Shown here: positions 42,601 through 53,447 of the stretch, piece by piece | Layout: each line of letters starts with the position of its first letter | Position numbering within the stretch: position 1 is the stretch's first letter | Assembly (NCBI GenBank): GCA_963848295.1 | Contig: CAWKDB010000010.1 | Location: 2,592,001-2,656,000 of the forward strand | Direction: 5' to 3' | Source of the DNA: an uncultured delta proteobacterium | GTDB lineage: Bacteria > Myxococcota_A > Polyangia > Haliangiales > Haliangiaceae | Length of the DNA stretch: 64,000 bases | The notes under the pieces: model-generated | Databases searched by the model: none | The model's input: the letters and a program-made list of their open reading frames with translations, nothing else | Told to the model about the DNA's origin: nothing | Translations under genes and position numbers: made by a program

Positions 42601-45600
42601 CACATCATCGCGGACGGCTATTCGACCGCGATCCTGTGGCGCGAGATCAGCGAGATCATCCGCGGCGTGTCGTTGCCGCCGCTGCGGATCACGGTCGGCG
42701 ACTTCGCGCTGTGGCAGCAGAGCCCCGAGCATCAGCAGGAGATCGCGGCCCAGCGCGAGTTCTGGACCAAGCAGTTCGCCGATCCGCCGGTGCCGCTGCA
42801 GCTGCCGTACGACTTTCGCCACCCGGCGGTGCGCAGTCACGCCGGCGATCTCGTGCTCGCGCACCTGCCTCCGGAGGAGCTCGCGCAGCTCACCGCGTTG
42901 TCGCGCGGCCAGCAATCGACGCTGTTCGCGACGCTGCTGTCGAGCTGGTTCCTGTTCCTGTCGCGCATCGGCGGTGGCGACGACGTCGTCGTCGGCGTGC
43001 CGGTATCGGGCCGCGTGCACCCGGATCTGCAAGACGTCGTCGGCATGTTCGTCAACACCGTCGCGTGGCGCGCGAAGATTCCCGCGACCGGCACGTTCCT
43101 CGAGTTCCTCGAGTCGACGCGCAACACCTCGCTCGACGTGCTCGCGAGCGAGGAGTACCAGCTCGAAGACCTGCTCGACGAGCTCGACATCCGCGCCCTG
43201 CCCGGCCGCAATCCGTTGTTCGACGTGATGTTCGTGTTCGAGACCCGCGAGCTCGAGGTGATCGACGCGCAACGGGTCAAGCTCCACTTCCGCGAGTTCT
43301 CGCATCGCACGGCGAAGCTCGACCTCGCGTTGATCGCGACCGAGTCCGAGGCCGGGCTCGAGCTCGCGTTCGAATACGCGACCGAGCTGTTCGAGCGCTC
43401 GACGATCGATCGCCTCGCGCATCACTTCGTCACGATGCTGCGCGACATCATCCGGTCGCCCGGCAAGCAGATCGCCGAGCTCGAGCTGCTCGGTGCGGGC
43501 GACCTCGCGGTGCTCGCCGAGTACAACGCGACCGCGCACGCGCTGCCCGACGTCGCGTCGGTCTCCGAGCTCGTCGCCGACTGGGTGAAGCGCACGCCCG
43601 ACGCGCCCGCGGTCATCTTCAATGACACCACCTGGAGCTACGCCGAGGTCGATCGCCGCGCGAACGCGATCGCGGCGTGGCTGCGCGAGGCGAACGTGGG
43701 CCGCGATGACGTCGTCGCGATCGTGCTCGATCCGTGCGCCGAGATGCTGCCGGCGATGCTCGGCGTGCTGAAAGCCGGCGCGGCGTTCCTGCCGGTCGAC
43801 TCCGAGTACCCGATCGGCCGCAAGAGCTACCTGCTCGACGACAGCAAGGCCAAGGCGCTGCTGACTCGCGGCGAGCTCGCCGCCGGCTTGGACTTCGCGG
43901 GCGCGCGGCTCGATGTGGCGACGAGCGGTGAGGCGGCAAACGCTCCGGTGGTCGACATGCGTGCGAGCGACGCCGCCTACGTCATCTACACGTCGGGATC
44001 GACGGGCAAGCCGAAGGGCGTCGTGGTCGAGCACCGCAACCTCGTCAACTTCGCGCTGTGGTACGCGGACTACTACGGCGTTCGCGCGGGCGAAGCGGTG
44101 TCGAAGTACGCGGGGTTCTCGTTCGACGCGTCGATCTCCGAGGTGTTCCCGGCGTGCGTCGCGGGCGCCGCGCTCGTCGTCGTGCCGGCCGACATGCGAC
44201 TCGCGCCGAAACAGCTGTCCGCGTACTACGAAGCGAAGCAGGTCAAGGTCGCGTTCTTGCCGACCCAGTTCGGCGAGCAGTTCCTGCGGATGACCGAGAA
44301 CCACTCGCTGCGGATCGTCACGCTCGCGGGCGAGAAGATGCGCGCGTATCGCCCGATGCCGTGGACGATCGTCAACGGCTACGGGCCGACCGAGTACACC
44401 GTGTGCACCACCGCGTTCATCGTCGATCGCGCGTGGGACAACATCCCGATCGGCAAGCCGGTGTGGAACACCGAGATCCTCGTGTTGGATCGCCGCGGCC
44501 GGCTGTGTCCGATCGGCATCGCGGGCGAGCTGTGCGTCGCCGGCAAGAGCATCGCGCGCGGCTACCTCAGCAAGCCCGAGCTCACCGCCGAGAAGTTCAT
44601 CGCGCATCCGACGCGAGCGGGCGAGCGGATCTACAAGACCGGTGACCTCGCGCGGTGGCGCGCCGACGGCAACCTCGAGTACCTCGGCCGGATCGATTCG
44701 CAGGTCAAGGTCCGCGGCTATCGCATCGAGCTCGGCGAGATCGAGCAGACCTTGCTCGACGTGGCTGGCGTGTCCGACGCCGCGGTGGTCGATCTCGTCG
44801 ACGACGCGGGCGCGACCCAGCTCGCCGCGTATGTCGTCGGTGACGTCGCGGCCGACGAGCTTCGCGTGGCGCTCGCGCGCGACCTGCCCGACTACATGAT
44901 CCCGGCGTACTTCGTCCGCGTCGCCGCGCTGCCGCTGACGCCGAATGGCAAGGTCGACAAGCGCGCGCTGCCTCCGATCGAGCGCGACGCGGCGCGCGCG
45001 GTCGTGCCGCCGGCGACCGCACTCGAGACGGCGCTCGTCCGGATCTGGTCAGCGGTGCTCGCGGTACCGATCGATCGGCTCGGCGTGACCGCGAGCTTCC
45101 TGGAGCTCGGCGGCCATTCGCTCAAGGCGATCGCGCTGGTCAGCGAGATCTATCGCGAGCTCGGCGTCGAGCTCAAAGTCTCCGACGTGTTCCGCCATCC
45201 CACCGTGCGTGCGCTCGCGCGGCGGATCGGCGAGCTCGACGACAAGGGCGCGTTCGGCGTCATCGAGCCGGTCGCGATCACCGAGTCGGTGCCGGCATCG
45301 TCGGTCCAGGCGCGGATGTTCTTGGTCCAGCAGATGGAGCCGACGAGCACCGCCTACAACGTCGCGAGCGTGTTCGCGGTCGCACCCGGGATCTCGCGCG
45401 AGGCCGTCGCCGCCGCGTTCGCGACGCTGGTCGCGCGCTACGACGCGTTTCGCTGCTCGTTCACGCTCGACGGCACTGCCGCGAGGCTCCACGTCGTGCC
45501 GACCGCGACGCTGCCCGTCACTGACGTCGCCACGAGCGAAGCCGACCGCGACGCCGCGATCGACAAGCTGGTCGTGCCGTTCGACCTCGCCGTCGCGCCG

Positions 45601-48600
45601 CTCGCTCGCGCGACCTGGGTCACGACCGAGCGCGGCGCGTATCTGTTCTTCGACATGCACCACATCGTCACCGACGGCGTGTCGATGGGCATCCTGCTCG
45701 ACGAGCTCGAGGCGCTCGTCCGTGGCCAGCAGCTGCCCGCGCCGCCGCCGGGCCTCGGCGACTGCACCGTCTACGAAGCCGGCGAGCGCGCGGTCGCCAC
45801 GATCGGCAAGCAACGCGAGTACTGGCGCGCGCAATTCCCGGACGGCGTGCCCGCGCTCGGCCTGCTCACCGACCTACCGCGCCCGCCGATCGTCGATCCC
45901 GAGGGCGAGACGATCACGCGCGACTTGCCCGCCGAGACCGTGCGCGGCCTCCGCGAGCTCGCGCACAGCCGAGCCTTGTCGCTGCACGCGCTGTTGCTCG
46001 CCGCGTTCGACGTATTCCTCGCGCGGCTCTCGCGCCAGGACGAGATCGCGGTCGGCACACCGGTCAGCGGCCGGTGGCATCCGGACATGCAGCGCGTGTT
46101 CGGCATGTTCGTGAACACGCTCGTGCTCGGCGCGAAGGTCGATCCGAAGCAGCCGTTCGCCGAGCTCGCCGCCGACGTCGGCAAGCGCTCGCTCGAGGCG
46201 CTCGATAATCAGGCGTTCCCGTTCGCGGACCTCGTCGAGCTCGTCGGCGATCGGCGCCACGCCGGCCACACGCCGCTGGTCGACGTCATGTTCGCGCTGC
46301 AGAACGCGGACGAGCGGTTCGCCGAGCACAACGCCGAGGCGGCGTTCTCGCCGATCGCGGTCGCGAGCAAGACCGCGAAGTTCGATCTGTCGTTCGTCGT
46401 GGACGAGTCCGCCTCCGGGATCCAGCTCGCGTTCGAGTACCGCACGAGCCTGTTCCGGCGCACGACGATCGAGCGTTACTTGCGTTGCGTCGAGACGCTG
46501 CTCGCCGACATCGCGGCGCGGCCGGATGTGGCGGTCGAGGCGCTCACCATCCTGTCCGCCGAGGATCGCCAGCTCGTCCTCGTCGAGCACAACCGCACCG
46601 ACGTCGACTACCCCGCCGAGGTCGCGGCGCATCGCATGTTCGAGCGGCAGGCGGCGCGGCGGCCGAACGCGGTCGCGCTCGTTCAGGGCCCGCGGTCGTA
46701 CACGTACGGCGAGGTCGAAGCCGCCGCGAACCGGCTCGCGAACCGGCTCGTCGCGCTCGGTGGCGCCCAGCCCGGCAACCTCGTGTTCGGGCGCGAAGCG
46801 ATCGTCGCGATCCTCACGCCGCCGTCGTGCGAGCTGATCATCGCCGAGCTCGCTGCGCTCAAGGCGGGCGCCGCGTTCATGCCGCTCGACCATCGCTACC
46901 CGCGCGAACGGCTCGAGTACATGCTGCGCGACAGCGCCGCGCGCGTGCTGATCGCCGCGCCGGGATTCGGCGACGACGTCGATTGGGCCGGCCCGCGCCT
47001 CGTGCTCGATCCCGCGCTGTTCGCGACCGGCATCGCGACCCCGCCCGCGATCGACGCACATGCCAACGACCTCGCGTACGTGATCTACACCTCGGGCTCG
47101 ACCGGCCGTCCGAAGGGTGTCGAGATCGAGCACGCATCGCTCGTGCCGTTCATCCAGCGCACGATCGATGTCTACAAGCTCACCGAGGCCGATCGCCACT
47201 CGAAGTACGCCGGCATCGGCTTCGACGTGTCGATCATCGAGACATTCCCGCCGCTGTGCTGCGGCGGCCAGGTCCACATCGTACCCGACGAGATCCGGCT
47301 CGCGCTGCCCGAGCTCGCCGCGTGGTTGCAGTCGTCGGGGATCACGATGATGGATCTGCCGACCCAGCTCGCCGAGGAGTTCATGAAGGAGCCGCGGCAG
47401 ACGCCGTTGCGCTGGATGACGGTCGGCGGCGACCGGTTGCGCCGGTTCTATCCGCAGTCGTTCGGGCTCGCGAACGAGTACGGTCCGACCGAGTTCACCG
47501 TGTCGGCGACCACGTTTGTCGTCGACGCGCAGCACGACAACATTCCGATCGGTAAGCCGAACGCGAACACGAAGGCGCTGATCCTCGACGCGAGCGGCCA
47601 GCTCTGCCCGCCCGGCGTACCCGGCGAGATCTGCCTCGCGGGTCGCGGCCTCGCGCGCGGCTACCTCGGCAGCCCCGAGCTCACCGCGAAGAAGTTCGTA
47701 CATAGCGAGCTCGCGGGCGGCCGCATGTATCACACCGGCGACCTCGCGCGCTGGCTCGACGACGGCAACATCGAGTTCCTCGGGCGCATCGACAACCAGG
47801 TCAAGATCCGCGGCTTCCGGATCGAGCTCGGCGAGATCGAGCAGGCGATGCTCGAGGTCGCGGGCGTCAGCGCGAGCGTCGTCGTCGATCGCGACGATCC
47901 GGCCGGCGACAAGATCCTGGTCGGCTACTATGTCGGCGCCGCGGCGAACGTGCCGGCGATCCGCGCGCACCTCGCGAACCGGCTGCCCGACTACATGGTG
48001 CCATCGGCGTTCGTCCAGCTCGCGGAGATCCCGTTCACGACCAGCGGCAAGGTCGATCGCCGGCGGTTGCCCGAGCCCGAGCTCGAAGCGCGCGAGCGCG
48101 TCGCGACGCCGCCCGCGAACGTCGCCGAGACGCTCGTGCTCGAAGCGTTCGGCCGCGCGCTCGGCCGCACCGACCTCGGCGTCGACGACGACTTCTTCGA
48201 CTTCGGCGGCAACTCGATCAAGGCCGTCGCGGTCGTCGCGGCGCTCGCGAGCGACTTTCCGATCAGCGCGAACGACCTGTTCCGGCTTCGCACCGCCCGC
48301 GCGGTCGCGCGCGAGGTCCCGATGCGGCGCGGCGATCTGCACGGCCGACTCACCGAGCTCGTCACCGAGCTGCGCGAGACCAACGGCCATAGCGATCCGC
48401 TCGTCGTGCTCGCCCGCGACGTCGAGCAGTATCGCGCGCGCTACAAGCCATTCGCCGGGCTGTCGGTGCACCAGCACATGGCGTATCGCGACGTGCTGCT
48501 CACCGGCGCGACCGGGTTCCTCGGCTGCTACCTGATGCGCGACCTGCTCGTGCACAGCGACGCGAAGCTGCACCTCACGATCCGCGGCAAGTCGCGCGAG

Positions 48601-49551
48601 GACGCCTATGCCCGAATCGCCGCGAAGGCCGCGCACTACTTCGGCGCCGACTTCCTCGAGGGCCATCGCCGCCGGATCAACGTCGTGGTCTCCGATCTCG
48701 AGCAGCCGATGCTCGGGCTCGATCGCGGCACGTTCGACGCACTCGCGCGCACACTCGATTGCGCGATCCACGCGGCGGCGCTGACCAAGCACTACGGCGA
48801 CTACGCGACGTTCGTCAAGGCGAACGTCGACGCGACGAAGCACGTGATCGAGCTGGTGCGCCGGTCGGGCTGCGACTTCAACGTGGTGTCGACGATCTCG
48901 GTCGGCCTCGGCGAGATTACCGGCCGGCCGCGCGCGCTGTTCACCGAGTTCGATTGCGACATCGGCCAGGTCGCGGGCAACCACTACGTGCGCACGAAGC
49001 TCGAGGCCGAGAAGGCGGTGCTCGCGCTGCGCGACGAAGGCTTCGCGTGCAACATCTTCCGCGTCGGGTTCCTGACCGGCGATTCGCGCACGCTGAAGTT
49101 TCAGGAGAACGCCGACGACAGCGGCTTCGTCCAGACGCTCAAGAGCTACGTGGCGCTCGGCAAGATCCCGCTGTCTGCGCTGACCCAGTCGTTCTGCCCG
49201 GTCAACGAGGTCAGCGATGCGATCTTGAAGCTGCTCGGCGCGAGCTCGCTGCTCAACCAGACCCATCACGTCGATCGCGTGATCGACACCGAGACCGCCG
49301 AGCGCATCGTCGCGGCCGATCGTAGGTGCTCCGCGCTGCCCGACGCCGAGTTCTTCGAGTGGCTCGCGGCTCACCTCGGCGACGCCGGCATCGGCCAGGC
49401 CGCGACCGCGATGTTGCTGCACGAGGGCTTGCTCGATCAGGGCGTATCGACCGAGACCGTGACGATGCGCGAGAAGACCGAGCGGCTGCTCGCGCGCGCT
49501 GGCTTCGCTTGGAGCCAGGTCCGGCCCGAGCAAGTCTGGTCGCTGGCATGA
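33675..49551 (+). CDS. Pentamodular NRPS with terminal thioester reductase: (partial C)-A-T-C-A-T-C-A-T-C-A-T-C-A-T-R, about 5,291 aa after removing one base at 41145-41147
   Basis: Five A domains (YVIYTSGSTG.PKG, YGPTE, Y.TGD). T motifs GGHS at ~35805, 38906, 42052 and 45109, GGNS at ~48205. C motifs HHxxxDG at ~36354, 39462, 42598 and 45658. R domain LLTGATGFLG and YVRTK. ORFs 33675..41585 and 41167..49551 join seamlessly inside A3. Confidence 0.93.
41691..41754. mobile_element. Miniature palindromic element inserted in-frame in NRPS A3, with 7-bp direct repeats
   Basis: cgacaag at 41691-41697 and 41748-41754 (57 nt apart) flanks the hairpins gtcgggc-gacc-gcccgac and gcaacgcc-gga-ggcgttgc and two GTAG motifs. 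Confidence 0.65.
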
Positions 49552-50969
49552 CCCACGTCGACGTCCTGATCGTCGGCGCGGGCTTGTCCGGCATCGGCGC
49601 CGCGCGTCACCTCCAGACGCATTGCCCCGGCAAGACCTACGCGATCCTCGAAGCGCGCGAGCGACTCGGCGGCACGTGGGATCTGTTTCGCTATCCCGGG
49701 ATTCGCTCGGACTCGGATATGTACACGCTCGGCTATTCGTTCAAGCCGTGGACCGACGCCAAGGCGATCGCGGATGGCCCGGCGATCCTCGCGTACGTCG
49801 CGGAGACCGCCGCCGAGTCCGGCATCGCGGCGCACATCCACTACAACGAACGCGTGACCGCGGCGCGGTGGTCGAGCCGCGACACGCGCTGGACGATCGA
49901 AGCCGCGACGACGTGGACGTGCAGCTTTGTCTACGTATGCGCTGGTTACTACGACTACGCCGCCGGCTACACCCCGGAGCTGCCCGGGCGCGAGCGGTTC
50001 ACCGGAACGATCATCCACCCGCAGCACTGGCCCGAGGATGTCGATTACGCGGGAAAGCGCATCGTCGTGATCGGCAGTGGCGCGACTGCGGTGACGCTCG
50101 TACCCGAGCTCGCGAAGCGCGCGGCGCACGTCACGATGTTGCAGCGCTCGCCGACGTACATCATGTCGCGGCCGTCGCGCGATCCGATCGCGGACTGGTT
50201 GCGCGCGCGCTTGCCTGCGACCGCAGCGTACGAGCTGACGCGATGGAAGAACGTGCTGCTCGGCATGGCGTTCTTCACGTACGCGCGGCGATTTCCGGCG
50301 CACGCGAAGCGATTCCTCGTCGCGCAGACCGCGAAGCTCGCCGGCGACGGCACGCCGGCCGATCCGCACCTCACGCCGCGCTACAACCCGTGGGACCAAC
50401 GCCTGTGCCTCGTCCCCGACGGCGATCTGTTCGAGGCGTTGCGCGCAGGCACCGCCGACATCGTTACCGACGAGATCGCGACCTTCACCGAGCGCGGTCT
50501 CGAGCTGAAGTCCGGCGCCGCGCTCGACGCCGACATCGTCGTCACGGCGACCGGGCTCAAGCTGCAGCTGTTCGGCGGCATGGCGCTCGAGGTCGACGGC
50601 ACCGCGGTCGATCCGGCCGACACGATGATCTACAAGGGCCTGTTGTGCAGCGGCATCCCGAACCTCGCGTTCGCGGTCGGCTACACGAACGCCTCGTGGA
50701 CGCTCAAGGTCGATCTCGCGAGCACCTACGTGTGCCGCTTGCTCCGGTACATGGACGCGCACGGCTATCGCGAGGTCCGGCCGCGGCGCGATCCGAGCGT
50801 CGGCGACATGCCGCTACTCGATTTCTCGTCGGGCTACGTCAAGCGCGCGCTCGCGCATCTGCCGCGCCAGGGCGACCAGCTGCCGTGGCGGCTGTACCAG
50901 AACTACGTCTTCGATCGCGCGATGCTCGGCCGCGGCCGGATCGCCGATCGAGTCTTGCAGTTTCGCTGA
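49548..50969 (+). CDS. Flavin-containing Baeyer-Villiger monooxygenase (EthA/AlmA-like)
   Basis: GAGLSG, GGTWDLFRYPGIRSDSD, FTGTIIHPQHWP (FxGxxxHxxxW fingerprint), GSGATA. ATG overlaps the NRPS stop (ATGA). Confidence 0.92.
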   Translation: MTHVDVLIVGAGLSGIGAARHLQTHCPGKTYAILEARERLGGTWDLFRYPGIRSDSDMYTLGYSFKPWTDAKAIADGPAILAYVAETAAESGIAAHIHYNERVTAARWSSRDTRWTIEAATTWTCSFVYVCAGYYDYAAGYTPELPGRERFTGTIIHPQHWPEDVDYAGKRIVVIGSGATAVTLVPELAKRAAHVTMLQRSPTYIMSRPSRDPIADWLRARLPATAAYELTRWKNVLLGMAFFTYARRFPAHAKRFLVAQTAKLAGDGTPADPHLTPRYNPWDQRLCLVPDGDLFEALRAGTADIVTDEIATFTERGLELKSGAALDADIVVTATGLKLQLFGGMALEVDGTAVDPADTMIYKGLLCSGIPNLAFAVGYTNASWTLKVDLASTYVCRLLRYMDAHGYREVRPRRDPSVGDMPLLDFSSGYVKRALAHLPRQGDQLPWRLYQNYVFDRAMLGRGRIADRVLQFR

Positions 50970-51010
50970 TCAGCACACTGCCGTCCCACCGATGGAACGT
51001 GCCGCTCGAT

Positions 51011-52297
51011 TCAGTGCGAGCTCAACTTGCGCGCTGCATCGCGTTCGTCGTGCTCGAATGCATCGGCGAACTGCTCGAGCTCGACGTCGGTCATCCCGAG
51101 GTCGTGACCCTCTGTTCGCCAGCGTGCCACCGAAGCCTCGACCTCGAGAACGACCTCCCGAGCTCGTGCATCGCCGAGGCGAAAATAGGGAGCAACCGAC
51201 ATCAAGGCGTCGATCGATGCTTCGGGGCCCGTCTCTTCCGAAATCCACGTCTTGAGCTCGCGCACCCGGTCAGGGAACGGATTGACGTCAAACGCAGGCG
51301 CGAGCCGCCACAGGCCGTGCGCGGCGTGCAAGAAGCCGTGGTTCAACAGGTGGTCATCGACGTTCGTGATCAGGATCGAGAACGCGATGCGCCGGAACAG
51401 CTCCTCGATGTCGAGCCGTGCCGAAGAGCCGTGCGCTCGAATCGCGTCTACGATCTCGGCATACGAATGCTCGCCCGGAGCGGTCGTATCGACGCCGAGC
51501 ATCGTGGCCGCGCTGATGTACATGATGCGACCATGCTCGGTCCGGTCGAAGCGATGAATCAGGGCAACCGGTATCCCGCCAGAGTCGACCAGCCGCGCAT
51601 CGGCAGCGTCGATGCCGGCACACTTGGCCAGGCGCAGCGCGAGGACCTCGCCTTTGGTAACCGCGCGTTGATCCTGGACGCTTGGAAACTTGCCGATGGA
51701 GAGCCGTCCGTCGTCGTCGAGGACAGTACACTTCGGTCGGAGGCCGCCGAGCGAGGTGCCACGTCCTCTCAGATAAGCGAGGTCCGCGCTTGTCTCGGTG
51801 TTGGTCTCGACGGCGCGCGAGGCTGCGAGTAGAGCGCCGAGCTCGACCAGTGGGGGCGTCGTTCGTTCGTTCACCCCGCGGGCACGGCAGAACGTACCGC
51901 CCTCGTCCTGAAACCGCAGCGCCCCGACGCGGCTGACATCGTCCACCGCCAAGAGGAAGTCGAGGCTGTTCAGCGCGGGCGAGGAGGCTGCTGCTCCTGC
52001 TCGCTTCGCCGCTTGTCGACGTTTGGCGTGATCGCGAAGGATGACGTTCTTGCCCCAGCCGTCGGGCTCCGTGTCTGCGATAGGTCCGTGAAACAGCGAT
52101 GCGTCTCGCGTCCGCTTGTGAAATTGTGGGCCGGCGAGGAGGCGAAGGTCTGGCGCGATCGCGAACGAGTCGGGCGAGGCCAGCCATTCACTGGCGTACT
52201 CGAACGCCGCACTCTCCCGAGCGCCTTGAGAATCGTGCAGGACGGCTCCGACGCGGACAGGCGTTTCGCCGAGAAATACCTGGATCGTGCGCCTCAT
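51011..52297 (-). CDS. hipA: HipA-family Ser/Thr kinase toxin
   Basis: HipA_N-like region (FEYASEWL, PDGWG), GTSLGGLRPK, IGKFP, RFDR, NVDDHLLNHGF, LAPAFDVNP. Confidence 0.9.
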   Translation of the reverse strand: MRRTIQVFLGETPVRVGAVLHDSQGARESAAFEYASEWLASPDSFAIAPDLRLLAGPQFHKRTRDASLFHGPIADTEPDGWGKNVILRDHAKRRQAAKRAGAAASSPALNSLDFLLAVDDVSRVGALRFQDEGGTFCRARGVNERTTPPLVELGALLAASRAVETNTETSADLAYLRGRGTSLGGLRPKCTVLDDDGRLSIGKFPSVQDQRAVTKGEVLALRLAKCAGIDAADARLVDSGGIPVALIHRFDRTEHGRIMYISAATMLGVDTTAPGEHSYAEIVDAIRAHGSSARLDIEELFRRIAFSILITNVDDHLLNHGFLHAAHGLWRLAPAFDVNPFPDRVRELKTWISEETGPEASIDALMSVAPYFRLGDARAREVVLEVEASVARWRTEGHDLGMTDVELEQFADAFEHDERDAARKLSSH

Positions 52298-52626
52298 GAC
52301 GACGTCGGGGACTTCCGCGCGCGGATCCGTTTCGGCACGCGCCCGGCATCGAGCAGGAGGCCCTGCTCGTCCGTGCGCGCGTCGATCAGATCCGCGATCA
52401 CGTCCCCGAACCCGAGTACGAACAGCACCATCGCGTATACGCCAAACGCCACGGTTGGATCACCGTGCTCGGCTCGGAGGTAGGTGCTCTTCGCGACCCC
52501 AACACGCTCGGCCATCATGGCGACGGTCAGGCGCCGCTTGCGTCGCGCGACGCCGATGTCCTCGCCGAATTTCTTCAGCTCACGGCGCAATCTAGAAGGC
52601 AGGATGTCCTCGACAGCGGAACGCAT
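52294..52626 (-). CDS. XRE-HTH antitoxin (HipB-like)
   Basis: ARRKRRLTVAMMAERVGVAKSTYLRAEHGDP; 4-nt overlap with hipA. Confidence 0.85.
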   Translation of the reverse strand: MRSAVEDILPSRLRRELKKFGEDIGVARRKRRLTVAMMAERVGVAKSTYLRAEHGDPTVAFGVYAMVLFVLGFGDVIADLIDARTDEQGLLLDAGRVPKRIRARKSPTSS

Positions 52627-52631
52627 AAGGC

Positions 52632-52674
52632 CTCATCTATGGGTCTGAAACGTCGTTTATGTAGCATAGATGAG
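52632..52674. promoter_or_regulatory. Putative TA autorepression operator (10-bp perfect inverted repeat)
   Basis: ctcatctatg-N23-catagatgag, directly upstream of the antitoxin ATG in an AT-rich stretch. Confidence 0.65.
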
Positions 52675-52731
52675 TCGTTAACGGAATAGCTGAGGATGCG
52701 GCCGACCGGCTCGCGCCCTGGCTCGGCCACC

Positions 52732-53304
52732 TCAGGATCCGCCCGTCGCGGTCGTGATGTCCTGTTTGCTGCTGCACGCGATCTGGTTCGCGCCCGCGCG
52801 ATAGCCGCTCTGGTTGCAGTGCGTGTGATACGTCGCCCTCTTGCCGCAGCCCGCGGCGCCGATCGCCGCGATGTACGAATTGCGAAGCGTGGCGAGTTGC
52901 TCGCTCAGGTCGACGTAGGTGACGTCTTTACAGCCGAAATCGAACTCGGCGGTCTTAGCGGTCTGGGCGTGCGCTTCGGCGCGATACTGCTCGACCGCCG
53001 GAACTGGCGACGCCTGCTGCCCTATGACGGTTGCTTCGAGCATTCTTAGGTCGGTCATGAAATCGGTGCGCTGCCCGCAACCTTCGGCGACGTAAAAGTC
53101 GAGGTATTGAGCGAAGGAGGGTAGCCCGTAGGTGTCGGTGGACACGAACGTGAGGTTGGCGTTCGGACACTTCATCGTAGCCGTCAAGCTGTCGTTGATC
53201 TGCGGCGCGAGGTATTGCCGGCGCTGCGGCAGCGTCGAGACCGACGGTGGAGTGGACAAGCAACCAGCGACGAACAATCCGAGCACTAGTCCGATGTGGT
53301 TCAT
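52732..53304 (-). CDS. Hypothetical lipoprotein with an internal duplication (C...GCG.R)
   Basis: Lipobox VAGC; MKC...AEGCGQR and FGC...AAGCGKR. Confidence 0.65.
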   Translation of the reverse strand: MNHIGLVLGLFVAGCLSTPPSVSTLPQRRQYLAPQINDSLTATMKCPNANLTFVSTDTYGLPSFAQYLDFYVAEGCGQRTDFMTDLRMLEATVIGQQASPVPAVEQYRAEAHAQTAKTAEFDFGCKDVTYVDLSEQLATLRNSYIAAIGAAGCGKRATYHTHCNQSGYRAGANQIACSSKQDITTATGGS

Positions 53305-53447
53305 GCGGGGCAACGTAGAGATGCGACTCCGCGCTGTCGACTGGTGTTCACGTTACGTCACAGTCGCCGCGAGCCGCGCCTTGAAGATGTGGTCCTTGCC
53401 CGCTGGTACAGCTTCACTTATATTACTATCTGAGGTTAACCGAGGCT

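Noticed and set aside
45874..49533. Long antisense or alternative-frame ORFs (this 1219-aa one; also 1988..4558, 5557..7827, 6774..9362, 14952..17087, 57368..59788)
   Set aside because: Arg/Ala-rich shadow ORFs expected from high-GC codon bias, overlapping well-supported genes and lacking motifs.
33675..49551. Two separate NRPS genes, as in the ORF track
   Set aside because: The break is mid-A-domain and the ORFs overlap by ~420 nt with a nonsense tail; removing one base restores a continuous domain.
31621..50969. Siderophore cluster (myxochelin-like, also R-terminated)
   Set aside because: No aryl-acid biosynthesis genes, Lys/Orn N-hydroxylase, TonB receptor or obvious Fur box in the window.
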